Part shown: positions 43,301-53,731 of the stretch, one piece after another
Numbering within the stretch: the stretch's first letter is position 1
Layout: each line of letters starts with the position of its first letter
Assembly (NCBI GenBank): GCA_050015075.1
Contig: JBEKCB010000023.1
Location: forward strand, 1 to 64,000
Source: Candidatus Brocadiia bacterium
Lineage (GTDB): Bacteria; Planctomycetota; Brocadiia; CAIUPP01
Direction of reading: 5' to 3'
Length of the DNA stretch: 64,000 bases
Made by a program: the position numbers and the translations under genes
Notes under the pieces: generated by a model
What the model was told of the DNA's origin: nothing
What the model saw: only the letters and a program-made list of their open reading frames with translations
Database searches by the model: none

Positions 43301-44356
43301 TCATGGCTTCGGATTGTCCTTGAGGCTGCGCTCGACGAGGAATTTCAGAAGGCTGCTCTCGTTGGCGCTGGACAGCAGGCGCTGCAGGCTTTCCCACAGG
43401 CTCGGGTCGGCGATGAGCAGTCCGAGCGAACCCTTGCCGTCGCGGATGTCGCTCATGGCGGCGTTCAGCTTGTCTATGGCGGCGGCGAGCTGGTCGAGCG
43501 ACTGGCGCTCGGCCTTGTCGTAGATGACCGCGTGCGCGGCGCCGTCGCCTTTTTCCACTTCCTTCAGGATTGCCTTGGCGGAGTCCACCGCGTCGGCGAA
43601 TTCCGTGAGCGCGTTGGAGAGCTTCTCGCCGTGGATCAACTCGCCCAGGCCGCCTTTGCCGGACTCCACTTCCTCAGCCGTGGAGCGCAACGATTTCGCG
43701 GCGGCGCGGAGGTCATCGAGCGATTTCGGCAGCTCCGGGTCGTACGCCAGAGAATGAAGCAGGCTCGGGCCTTTTTCCGCGTTGGTGAGGATCTGGCTCA
43801 GCGATGCCGCGGCCGCGTCCAGGTTCTTGACCAGGGTGGCCTTGTCCAACTGGCTGAGCACGTCAATGATTTCCTTGGCAATTTCGTTGGCCCGCCGGAA
43901 CGTTTCACGGGCCTCGTCGGCGATCTGGTAGTAGTCCACGGTGTCCTGGCTCTTGATCGTCGCGCCGTCCGGAAGCGAGGGCGCGTTTTCGGAGCCGAGG
44001 CTGATTTCGACGTACTTATCGCCGAGGAGTCCCAGGCTCCGGATCGTGGCGACCGAATCGTCGCGGATGTCGGCCTGGTAGACCCTGCCGAGGCTCAAGT
44101 CCAATTGGACCCTCGCCTCGCCGGAGGGCTCGCGCATGATCTGGATGTGGCGGACGGTTCCGGCGTTGACGCCGGCCACGCGCACGGACGCGCCGGAGAT
44201 CAGGCCGCCGGCGTTCTGGAAGGTGGCCGTGAGCGAGTACTGGCGGGTGAAGAGGTGCGAGCGCTGGCCGAGCGCCAGGATGATCAGGATGATAATGATG
44301 CCGCTGATGACGACGAAGAGGCCGGCTCGGACCGAATTGTAATGTTCCCTAGGCAT
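43301..44356 (-). CDS. mlaD: MlaD/MCE family substrate-binding protein
   Basis: N-terminal TM, GLISGASVRVAGVNAGTV, GLLGDKYVEISLG and a helical C-terminus. Confidence 0.9.
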   Translation of the reverse strand: MPREHYNSVRAGLFVVISGIIIILIILALGQRSHLFTRQYSLTATFQNAGGLISGASVRVAGVNAGTVRHIQIMREPSGEARVQLDLSLGRVYQADIRDDSVATIRSLGLLGDKYVEISLGSENAPSLPDGATIKSQDTVDYYQIADEARETFRRANEIAKEIIDVLSQLDKATLVKNLDAAAASLSQILTNAEKGPSLLHSLAYDPELPKSLDDLRAAAKSLRSTAEEVESGKGGLGELIHGEKLSNALTEFADAVDSAKAILKEVEKGDGAAHAVIYDKAERQSLDQLAAAIDKLNAAMSDIRDGKGSLGLLIADPSLWESLQRLLSSANESSLLKFLVERSLKDNPKP

Positions 44357-44380
44357 CGCAGCCGCTCCCTATTGAAAAGC

Positions 44381-45172
44381 TCAATCTTCGACTTCGCCCG
44401 CGAGGAATTGGCATACACGCGGGATCCGGCACGCCTCCATCTCCTTCCACGTCCCGACGGCGATGATGCGGCCCTGGTCGAGCATGGCCAGGCGGTCGGT
44501 GACGGCCTCAACGGCCTGGAGGTCGTGCGTGACCATGATGCTGGTGACGCCGAGCATCTGCCGCGTTTTGACGATGAGCGCGCTGATGCGGCGCACGTTC
44601 GCCGGATCGAGGCCGGTGGTCGGCTCGTCGTAGAGGATGATCTTCGGCTCGAGCGCCAGCGCCCGGGCGAGCGCGACGCGCTTCTTCATGCCGCCGCTGA
44701 GCTCCGCCGGCATCAGCGCTTCCGTCCCGGGCATGTCCACGAGGCCGAGTTTCTCGGAGACGATTTTCATCCACCGGTCCGCCGGCATGTCGGGGTTGCG
44801 CTCGAGGACGCCGTAGGCGACGTTGTCCGCGACGGTCATCGAATCGAACAGGGCGCTGCCCTGGAACACCATGGCCACCTCGCGGCGGACCTCCTGCAGT
44901 TCGAACGAGTTCATCCGGGTCACCTCGCGGCCGTGGACGAAGACCTCGCCCGAGTCGGGCAGCAGCAGGCCGATGATCTCCTTGAGCAGGACGGTCTTGC
45001 CCTGGCCGCTGCCGCCGACGAGGGTCATGATCTCGCCGTCGCGCACGGAGAGGTTCACGCCGTTATGGACGACTTTGCCGCCGAAGGTCATCCGCACGTC
45101 TCGCAGCTCGACGGCGGCGGTCGTTGCCGGCGCGGCCGGCGCAGCGACGTTGCTGTGGCTCTCTTCGGTCAT
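44381..45172 (-). CDS. mlaF: MlaF-type ABC transporter ATPase
   Basis: GGSGQGKT, FQGSALFDSM, LSGGMKKRVALARA, YDEPTTGLDP and VTHD. Confidence 0.92.
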   Translation of the reverse strand: MTEESHSNVAAPAAPATTAAVELRDVRMTFGGKVVHNGVNLSVRDGEIMTLVGGSGQGKTVLLKEIIGLLLPDSGEVFVHGREVTRMNSFELQEVRREVAMVFQGSALFDSMTVADNVAYGVLERNPDMPADRWMKIVSEKLGLVDMPGTEALMPAELSGGMKKRVALARALALEPKIILYDEPTTGLDPANVRRISALIVKTRQMLGVTSIMVTHDLQAVEAVTDRLAMLDQGRIIAVGTWKEMEACRIPRVCQFLAGEVED

Positions 45173-45963
45173 ATTCGCCCGCTGCCAAAGATGGCGACGA
45201 GGGCGCTGGTCATGATCAGGTCCGCCGCCAGAATGAGGATGCAGCTCATGACGACGCTCTGCGTCGCGCTCCGGCCGACGCCGACGGTGCCGCCGGTCGT
45301 GCGCAGGCCGTAAAGGCACGCGACCATGGTGATGATCCCGCCGAAGGCAATCGTCTTGATGAAACCGCTCATGAAATCGCCGATCGTCACCTCTTCCTGT
45401 ATCCGGCTGAAGTAAAACGCCGGCGGCACGTTCAGCATCGACATCGCCATGACCATGCCGCCGAGGATGCCGATCACGTCCGCCAGCGCCGCCAGCAGCG
45501 GCAGGCAGACCATGCCCGCGAGCACCTTGGGCACGACGAGTTTCTTGACCGGGTCGGCGCCCAGCGACTTCATGGCGTCTATCTGTTCGCTGACGGCCAT
45601 GGCGCCGATTTCCGCGGCGATGCCCGACCCGATCCGGCCCGCGACGAGGAACGCGGCCAGCACCGGCCCGAGTTCGCGCAGGATGACCAGCGCCACGCCC
45701 TCGCTGACGTACGCCTCGGTGCCCCAGCGCTTCATGGTCTCGCCGGTCTGCACGACCATCACCATGCCGGTGAACAGGCCGAGCAACCCGACGACGTTGA
45801 TGGACTCGTAGCCGATGCGCTGGAGCTCGGCGACGAACGCTGCGCGTTCGAACGGACGATGAAAGACCCGGCGCAGGAAGGCGAGGGTGAGCATCGCCAC
45901 GCCGCCGAGGTGGTTGAGCGGCTCCAGCAGCGCTTCTCCGAGCCAGGCCAGCAGGCTTCTCAT
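45169..45963 (-). CDS. mlaE: MlaE-type ABC transporter permease
   Basis: RELGPVL, AGRIGSGIAAEIGAMAVSEQIDA and GVGRSATQSVV. Confidence 0.92.
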   Translation of the reverse strand: MRSLLAWLGEALLEPLNHLGGVAMLTLAFLRRVFHRPFERAAFVAELQRIGYESINVVGLLGLFTGMVMVVQTGETMKRWGTEAYVSEGVALVILRELGPVLAAFLVAGRIGSGIAAEIGAMAVSEQIDAMKSLGADPVKKLVVPKVLAGMVCLPLLAALADVIGILGGMVMAMSMLNVPPAFYFSRIQEEVTIGDFMSGFIKTIAFGGIITMVACLYGLRTTGGTVGVGRSATQSVVMSCILILAADLIMTSALVAIFGSGRI

Positions 45964-46502
45964 GGCGTCCTCGGGACCGGGCCGGACTTCGCCGCGGGCG
46001 CTAGGCCGGCCAGGAAGCGTTCGGCCAGCTCGTCGCGACCGACGTTCCATTCGATGATTTCGTAGGTGAAGCCGGCGCGCGGGATCAGGTACGCCACCAG
46101 GCGCGTTCCGCCGCCGGTGACCTGGACGTCGAACTCCGCACGGAGCGCCGATTCGCCGTTGGGCAAACGCTCCGCGCGCTGCGAGATTTCTTTCTTCGCG
46201 TCGAAGGAGGACAGGAGTTTTTTCAACGCGAGCCATTCCGGCTCCTTCGGCCGCGTCTTCACGCGCTCGATAAGGAGATTCCCGGCGCGGCCTTGCGGCT
46301 TGAAGAGCACCGCGTTTTCGCCCTGGGGCTCGATCTGCCAGCCGCCCGGAGGCAGCTTCAGCGTCAGGCCGAGGCCCGACCACTGAGCGGTCCCGTCGGA
46401 ACGGGCCACGCCCGTCGAGGCGCAGCCGGTGACGAGAAGGAGACAGAAGAAGCCGCACGAAAGCCGCAGAGCAAGCCGCGCGCGTCGGCCGGGTCGGCTC
46501 AT
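45960..46502 (-). CDS. Hypothetical lipoprotein in the mla operon
   Basis: LLLVTGC lipobox; stop overlaps the mlaE start. Confidence 0.7.
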   Translation of the reverse strand: MSRPGRRARLALRLSCGFFCLLLVTGCASTGVARSDGTAQWSGLGLTLKLPPGGWQIEPQGENAVLFKPQGRAGNLLIERVKTRPKEPEWLALKKLLSSFDAKKEISQRAERLPNGESALRAEFDVQVTGGGTRLVAYLIPRAGFTYEIIEWNVGRDELAERFLAGLAPAAKSGPVPRTP

Positions 46503-46533
46503 GCGCCAGTCCTCTCGTTCAGATGTAATACGC

Positions 46534-48291
46534 TCATTCCAGCTTGATCCCCAGTTCGCGAAGTTGGCGCGCATCCACCGGGCTGGGCGCCTGCGTCATC
46601 AGGTCCACGCCGCGCTGCGTCTTCGGGAACGCGATCACGTCGCGGATCGTGTCCAGCCCGAGCAGCAGCATTGCCAGCCGGTCTATGCCGAGGGCGATGC
46701 CGCCGTGCGGCGGGGCGCCGAACTTCAGGGCGTCGAGCAGGAAGCTGAACTTCGCCCGAGCCTCTTCATCGCTGATGTTGAGCAGCCGGAAGACGCGCTG
46801 CTGCACTTCCGGGTCGTGGATTCGAATGCTGCCGCCGCCGACTTCGACGCCGTTGAGCACCACGTCGTGGGCCTTGGCGCGGGCGAGGCCGGGCTGCGAC
46901 TCCAGCGTCGTCAGGTCCGCCTCCTGCGGCGAGGTGAACGGATGGTGCCGCGCGTCCCAGCGTTTCTCCTGCTCGTTCCACTCCAGCAGCGGGAAATCCA
47001 GCACCCAGCAGAACTCGAAGGCGTCCTTCGGGACCAGGTTCAGGCGGCGCGCGACTTCCTGCCGGAGTTCGTTCATCGCGGTCTGGGCCGCGGACGCCTG
47101 GTCGGCGATGAAGAAGAGCAGATCGCCCGGCCGCGCGCCCATGGCGGCGCGAATCTTCGCCTGGAGTTCCGCAGAGATGAACTTGGCGATCGGCGAATTG
47201 AAGCCGGCTTCCTCGACGCGCACCCAGGCCAGGCCTTTCGCGCCGAAACGGCCGACGTACTCGGTCAATTCATCCAGCCCGCGACGCGGGAGTGAATTGC
47301 CGCCCGGCGCGCAGATTCCCAGCACCTTGCCGCCCGCGCCCGCGGCGGAGCGGAACACCTTGAACTCGCTCTGCGCTGCGATTTCGGTCACATCGTGGAA
47401 CTCCATGCCGTAGCGCAGGTCAGGCTTGTCGGTGCCGTAACGGGCCATCGCCTCGGCGTAGCTGAACCGCCGGAAGGGCGTCCGGACCTCGCGCCCGAGC
47501 AGCTCGCGGAAAATGCGCGCCATCATCCCTTCAATCAGCGCAACGATCTGGTCCTGGTCCACGAAGGACATCTCCACGTCCAGTTGCGTGAACTCCGGCT
47601 GGCGGTCGGAGCGCAGGTCTTCGTCGCGGAAGCACTTCACGATCTGGACATAGCGGTCCATGCCCGCGACCATGAGGATCTGCTTGAACAGTTGCGGCGA
47701 TTCGGCCAGCGCGTAGAACGAGCCGACGTTGAGGCGGCTGGGCACGAGGAAATTGCGCGCGCCGCCGGGCGTGCTGCGGATCATGATCGGCGTCTCGATG
47801 TCAATGAAGCCGTGCTCGTCGAAGTAGCGGCGGATGCACTGGATCAGCCGATGGCGGAAGATCAAGTTGCGCTGCATCTCGGCGCGGCGCAGGTCCATGT
47901 AGCGGTACTTCAGCCGCGTCTCCGTCGCCACGTCGGCGGCGTCAATCTCGAACGGCGGCGTCTCGGCCTTGTTGAGGATGTCCATGTCGGCTGCGTGGAC
48001 CTCGATGCCGCCGGTGGCGAGTTTCGGGTTCTCCATGCCCTGCGGGCGCGCGGCGACCCGGCCGCGGACGGAGATGACGAACTCGTTCCGCAGCGCCGCC
48101 GCGCGCTCGTGCAGGGCGGCGTTCTCCGGGCTGAAGACGACCTGCGTGACGCCGTAGCGGTCGCGGAGGTCCGCGAAGAGCAGCCCGCCGTGGTCGCGGA
48201 CCGTCAAGACCCAGCCGCAAAGCACGACCTCCGTGCCGGCGTGCGAAGCGTTCAGTTCCCCGCAGGTGTGTGTGCGACGCGTGCCGACCAT
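46534..48291 (-). CDS. aspS: Aspartate--tRNA ligase
   Basis: RTHTCGEL, DLRDRYG, KCFRDEDLRSDRQPEFTQLD, HHPFTSP and GAPPHGGIALGIDR. Confidence 0.98.
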   Translation of the reverse strand: MVGTRRTHTCGELNASHAGTEVVLCGWVLTVRDHGGLLFADLRDRYGVTQVVFSPENAALHERAAALRNEFVISVRGRVAARPQGMENPKLATGGIEVHAADMDILNKAETPPFEIDAADVATETRLKYRYMDLRRAEMQRNLIFRHRLIQCIRRYFDEHGFIDIETPIMIRSTPGGARNFLVPSRLNVGSFYALAESPQLFKQILMVAGMDRYVQIVKCFRDEDLRSDRQPEFTQLDVEMSFVDQDQIVALIEGMMARIFRELLGREVRTPFRRFSYAEAMARYGTDKPDLRYGMEFHDVTEIAAQSEFKVFRSAAGAGGKVLGICAPGGNSLPRRGLDELTEYVGRFGAKGLAWVRVEEAGFNSPIAKFISAELQAKIRAAMGARPGDLLFFIADQASAAQTAMNELRQEVARRLNLVPKDAFEFCWVLDFPLLEWNEQEKRWDARHHPFTSPQEADLTTLESQPGLARAKAHDVVLNGVEVGGGSIRIHDPEVQQRVFRLLNISDEEARAKFSFLLDALKFGAPPHGGIALGIDRLAMLLLGLDTIRDVIAFPKTQRGVDLMTQAPSPVDARQLRELGIKLE

Positions 48292-48299
48292 GCTGTCTC

Positions 48300-49601
<1,302 letters not shown>

Positions 49602-49698
49602 GTGCGCAGAGACTCTCCATGCAATATCAGGTGCCGGATTATATCAGGTCGGGGCGCCGTTGAAAAATCAGGCCGGCTCGCAACGAACGCCTTAAGCT

Positions 49699-49857
49699 CA
49701 CCACGACGACACTACGGACACTACGAACTTCCACATAACGAGTTACTGCAAGCTCGCGACGACGACATTACGATCACGACGGAACTGCTGTTACGGCAAT
49801 CCGTTGCTTTAATGTTCGTCGTGGAGCGTTCGTCGCGCCCGTCGTGTCGTCGTGGTG
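49699..49857. repeat. REP-like long-loop inverted repeat (CACCACGACGACAC ... GTGTCGTCGTGGTG)
   Basis: Perfect 14-bp outer arms extended by imperfect short-period units; the right arm overlaps the 3' end of CDS 49809-51662. Confidence 0.65.
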
Positions 49858-51662
49858 GAATTGCGTGTCATCGTGGTGAACATGCAGTAACACGTCAGCG
49901 CGGCGATGGCGGCGATCCAGACCGCGGTCAGCGCAACGGTCCGCGCGCCGAGGTCGGCATAGTTGGGGAAGAACCAGCCGATCGGGATCAGCGGGTAGCT
50001 CTGGCTGATGGCCGGGATGCTCCAGGCCTGGTGCATGTTGTACATCGCCTCCGGGTCCGCGATCATCAACGCCCCGAGCAGCGCGCCGACGGCCAGCAGC
50101 GCGTGGCATAACCGCCGCAGCCAGGCGTTCCCGAGGCAGCGCTCATAAGCCACGATCGCAAGGGCGCCCAGCAGCGGGCAGACACAGGCCATGAACCGCG
50201 AGGGCGGGGACCAATCGCCGTGCCAGCTCCGCCAGCCGGCGGCGATCAGCACCGTCTCCAGCGCGACGGGCAGCATCAGCACCGCCATGAGCCGCCGGTC
50301 GCGCCGGTAAAGCAGGGCGGCGCCCATCGGCGCGAGGAGCAGCGCCGGCGCATACGCGATCACGCCGCCCTGCGAATCGAGGAAGAGGGCGCAGAGATAC
50401 GTGACTGAGCGACGCCACGAAAGCGACGCCCAGAAAGAGAATCGGTCCGGCAGCGCGCTGATCGGCGCCGGACTGAACGCGCCGTAGACAGCGTGATAGA
50501 AGCCCAGGAGCGCGGCGGCGGAGGCGAGCACGGGCAGGATCAGGGAGGGCAGTTTCCCCGCGCTAAACCGGCAACGGACCAGCGCGATGAGCAAAAGTGC
50601 GGCGCTCAGCGGCGCGTAACGGATGTGCAGCCAGGGCAGCGCGGCGGCGAGCGCACCGACGGCCAGCGCGGCGCCGCCTTCGAACCGTTCGTCCGTCAGC
50701 AGAACCATGCCCCAGACCAAGCCGGCCGCGGCGGCCATCTCCGGATAGATCTGCAGTCCGTACGTGATGAACGGCGAGGTGCAGGCAAGAAAGGCCACGC
50801 CGCGCGCCGCCACGGCGGCGTTCACCCCGATGTTCCGGAGCAGGACGAACAGACCCGTCAAGCCGGCCGCCGTCAGCAGCAGCACCACTATCTTCGCGCC
50901 GCAGGCGCCGGCCGCGGCGTAGCCCGGCAGGATCAGAACCGGCAGGCCGGGATAGTGGTACGGGCGAAGAAAACTTTTTCCTGTCTCCGGATTCGTGACG
51001 ACGACGGTCTGGCCGTCGGGAGTCAGGCCGTTGGCGAATCGGCCGGTGATGCGCGAATCGTAGCTGTTGCGCAGATCGGCGTCGCGGTCGCGCATCAGGC
51101 TGTCCGCGTAAACGAGATAGTGCGGCTCGTCGCCGTCGAGCGGCCTCGGGTGGTCGAGAAGGAAGAAGCCGAGGCCGATCGCCAGCACCGCGATCCACAC
51201 GTCGCGCCGCCGAACCGACGCCCTCGAAAAAAGGGCAGCCTTGAGGAACGGATACAGTTTCCACGCGAGGAGCACGAGGTAAAGGAGTCCGACGTCGTTC
51301 AGGAAGCGCGGCCGGCCGCTGATCGGCCCGAATGCGACCAGCGCCGCGATGAGCGGCGCGCCCGCGAGGAAGCGGATTCCATCCCAAAGGAGCAACCCGG
51401 ACAGCGGCGCGCCGGTTCGGCGATGAATATAATAGTTCGTCAGGCCCCAGATCAGCGTAAAGGCGACTGTCAGGCCGATCCCGTACCGGGCAAATCGGTC
51501 GAGTGAGATATACCGCCAAGCCAGGTCTCGAAAGTGCACCGGCGCGGCCGGGTGGAGTTCGGCGAAGCCGAGAAACGCGCTGACCAGCGCGCCGGCGACA
51601 ACGCCGCTGACCAGGACGAGGAGGTACGCGAACGCTGCGCGACGTTTTTCGGAAGTGGCCAT
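49809..51662 (-). CDS. GT-C-like multi-TM membrane protein (putative glycosyltransferase)
   Basis: DGDEPHYL...SLMRDRD.DL.N.Y, QIYPE, LPWLHIRY and W.GDWSPPSRF; many TMs. Confidence 0.7.
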   Translation of the reverse strand: MATSEKRRAAFAYLLVLVSGVVAGALVSAFLGFAELHPAAPVHFRDLAWRYISLDRFARYGIGLTVAFTLIWGLTNYYIHRRTGAPLSGLLLWDGIRFLAGAPLIAALVAFGPISGRPRFLNDVGLLYLVLLAWKLYPFLKAALFSRASVRRRDVWIAVLAIGLGFFLLDHPRPLDGDEPHYLVYADSLMRDRDADLRNSYDSRITGRFANGLTPDGQTVVVTNPETGKSFLRPYHYPGLPVLILPGYAAAGACGAKIVVLLLTAAGLTGLFVLLRNIGVNAAVAARGVAFLACTSPFITYGLQIYPEMAAAAGLVWGMVLLTDERFEGGAALAVGALAAALPWLHIRYAPLSAALLLIALVRCRFSAGKLPSLILPVLASAAALLGFYHAVYGAFSPAPISALPDRFSFWASLSWRRSVTYLCALFLDSQGGVIAYAPALLLAPMGAALLYRRDRRLMAVLMLPVALETVLIAAGWRSWHGDWSPPSRFMACVCPLLGALAIVAYERCLGNAWLRRLCHALLAVGALLGALMIADPEAMYNMHQAWSIPAISQSYPLIPIGWFFPNYADLGARTVALTAVWIAAIAALTCYCMFTTMTRNSTTTTRRARRTLHDEH

Positions 51663-51835
51663 TTTGAGATTCTGGCCTTCGGCGCTGCGGGCGTCAAGTT
51701 AGTTTTGACGGGATAACAGGATGGACAGGACGAATACGTAACGACGCATTACAACGTCCTGATTTACCGGATAACGACTTCAGGATATCGGCCCGTCGGC
51801 GGGTTCTCCGCGTCGCACATAAATTTTATGGAAAT

Positions 51836-51864
51836 TTGACAGGAGGTAAATTGTAGGATAGACT
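51836..51864 (+). promoter_or_regulatory. dnaG-rpoD promoter
   Basis: TTGACA, 17 bp, TAGACT. Confidence 0.65.
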
Positions 51865-51931
51865 TACATGGTTGTGCCCAGCATGCCGCGCGACTTAACC
51901 TATCTCCGGAGTGGAGTTTACATAGAACTCG

Positions 51932-53731
51932 GTGAGCAACTACGTTTCGGACCAGGTGCTTGACCGCATTCGGCAGGCAACCGATATTGCTGCGCTCGTG
52001 CGGAATATAGTCCCCCTGAAGAAATCCGGCTCCGGACGACAGATCGGGCTTTGCCCCTTCCACAAGGAAAAGACGCCCTCGTTTTCGGTCAATTCGGAGA
52101 AGCAGATTTTCAAGTGCTTCGGCTGCGGCGTGGGCGGCGATGTGTTCAGCTTCGTGATGAAAACGGACGGCGTCGGTTTCATGGAAGCGGTTCGCCTGCT
52201 GGCGGAGCGCGCGCACATCGAACTGCCCGAGCGCGACGGTCACGCACCGCCGCCGGGCGAGAAGGAGCGCCTCTACGAAGTGAACGCGTGGGCGGCCGAG
52301 GCGTTCCATTACTGGCTGCTCCGCGACCCGGCCGGCAAGGCGGCGCTCGAGTATCTGAAGAAGCGCGGCCTGAGCGAAAAGACGATCAAGGAGTTCAAGC
52401 TGGGATTCAGCCCGGATTCGTGGGACTCGCTGGTGAACGCGGCGAGCCGAAAAAAGTACGATGCCGAGCTGCTCCGCAAGGCCGGGCTGACGGCGACCAG
52501 CGAGCGGAGCGACCGGGCGTACGACCGGTTCCGCAACCGCGTGATCTTCCCGATCCGCGACGCCCAGGACCGCGTGATCGGGTTCGGCGGGCGCAGCCTC
52601 GGCGACGAGGAGCCGAAATACCTCAATAGCCCGGAGACGCCGCTCTTTTCCAAAGGGCGCGTGCTTTACGCGCTCGACAAGGCGCGCGCTGTCCTGCGCG
52701 AGAAGCGCTGCGCCGTCGTCGTCGAAGGTTACATGGACGCGGTTATGGCGCACCAGTTCGGCGTCACATGGACCGTGGCGGTGCTGGGGACGGCGCTCTC
52801 GCAGGAGCACGTGCGCGTGCTGCGGCGCCATGCGGACGAGGCGGTGCTGCTCTTCGATTCGGACAACGCCGGGCAGAGTTCGGCGAGCCGCAGCGTGGAC
52901 GCTTTCGCCGCCGAGGAAATGCCGGTGCGCGTCGCGACGTTGCCGGGCGGGCTGGACCCGGACGAGTACCTGCTCCAGCACGGCCTGGAGGCGTTCCTGG
53001 CGCAGTTGGATGGAAGCCCGGACGGCGTGACGTACAAGCTCGAGCGCGCGCTGGCGGGTGCAGAACTGCCGGGAGCCGGCACGAAGGCGCTCGATGACGT
53101 GCTGGCGACGGTGGCGTTGATGCCGAATTCCACCGCGCAGTTTCAGGAGGTCCGCAAGATCGCCACGCGCACGGGCGTCCACGAGCACCTGCTCCAGCAG
53201 CGCCTGCAGTCGATGGCGGCCGCGCCGCAATCCTGGTCGGACGAGGGGCCGGCGCAGGAGAGCCGGCCGCGGATGGATTACGACCGGCAGCTTCTCTCGC
53301 TCATGCTGGCGTACCCGCAGACGGTGCCACTGCTGCGGGAGCATCTCGATATCGAAACTTTAGACGATGCCGCGGTGCGGGCGCTCGTCCAGCGGGTGTT
53401 CACGCTCGCGGAATCGTCGGCGGAAACCGGGCCTGCGGAACTGCTGGCCCGGACGCAGGAGGAGGAACTTCGAGCCGTGGTTGAAGAGATGATCGCCCGC
53501 GAGCCGTCGGCGGCGGCAACGACGGATCCCGCCGGTACGTGCTCCTGGCTGCTGCGCCAGATCGAGGCGCGCGGCCATCTGCGGCTCGCCGGCGAGCTGC
53601 ACCGCAAAGTGACCACCGCATCCGCGCCGAGCGCGAAGGACTTGAACGCGCGGCTGCACGCCGTACAGGAAGCGCATCGCGCGCGTGGGACGTTCGACAT
53701 CAATCGCGATTCTAACGGAGGAACAGGCTAG
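51932..53731 (+). CDS. dnaG: DNA primase
   Basis: CPFH.EKTPSF...CFGC zinc finger, DRFRNRVIFPI, PKYLNSPET, VEGYMD and FDSD (TOPRIM). Confidence 0.97.
   Translation: MSNYVSDQVLDRIRQATDIAALVRNIVPLKKSGSGRQIGLCPFHKEKTPSFSVNSEKQIFKCFGCGVGGDVFSFVMKTDGVGFMEAVRLLAERAHIELPERDGHAPPPGEKERLYEVNAWAAEAFHYWLLRDPAGKAALEYLKKRGLSEKTIKEFKLGFSPDSWDSLVNAASRKKYDAELLRKAGLTATSERSDRAYDRFRNRVIFPIRDAQDRVIGFGGRSLGDEEPKYLNSPETPLFSKGRVLYALDKARAVLREKRCAVVVEGYMDAVMAHQFGVTWTVAVLGTALSQEHVRVLRRHADEAVLLFDSDNAGQSSASRSVDAFAAEEMPVRVATLPGGLDPDEYLLQHGLEAFLAQLDGSPDGVTYKLERALAGAELPGAGTKALDDVLATVALMPNSTAQFQEVRKIATRTGVHEHLLQQRLQSMAAAPQSWSDEGPAQESRPRMDYDRQLLSLMLAYPQTVPLLREHLDIETLDDAAVRALVQRVFTLAESSAETGPAELLARTQEEELRAVVEEMIAREPSAAATTDPAGTCSWLLRQIEARGHLRLAGELHRKVTTASAPSAKDLNARLHAVQEAHRARGTFDINRDSNGGTG

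Noticed and set aside
51703-51760. GACGGGATAACAGGATGGACAGGA periodic tract as a full repeat element
   Set aside because: Only one arm is clear and the complementary arm is minimal (GTCCTG), so it is noted only as a possible remnant.
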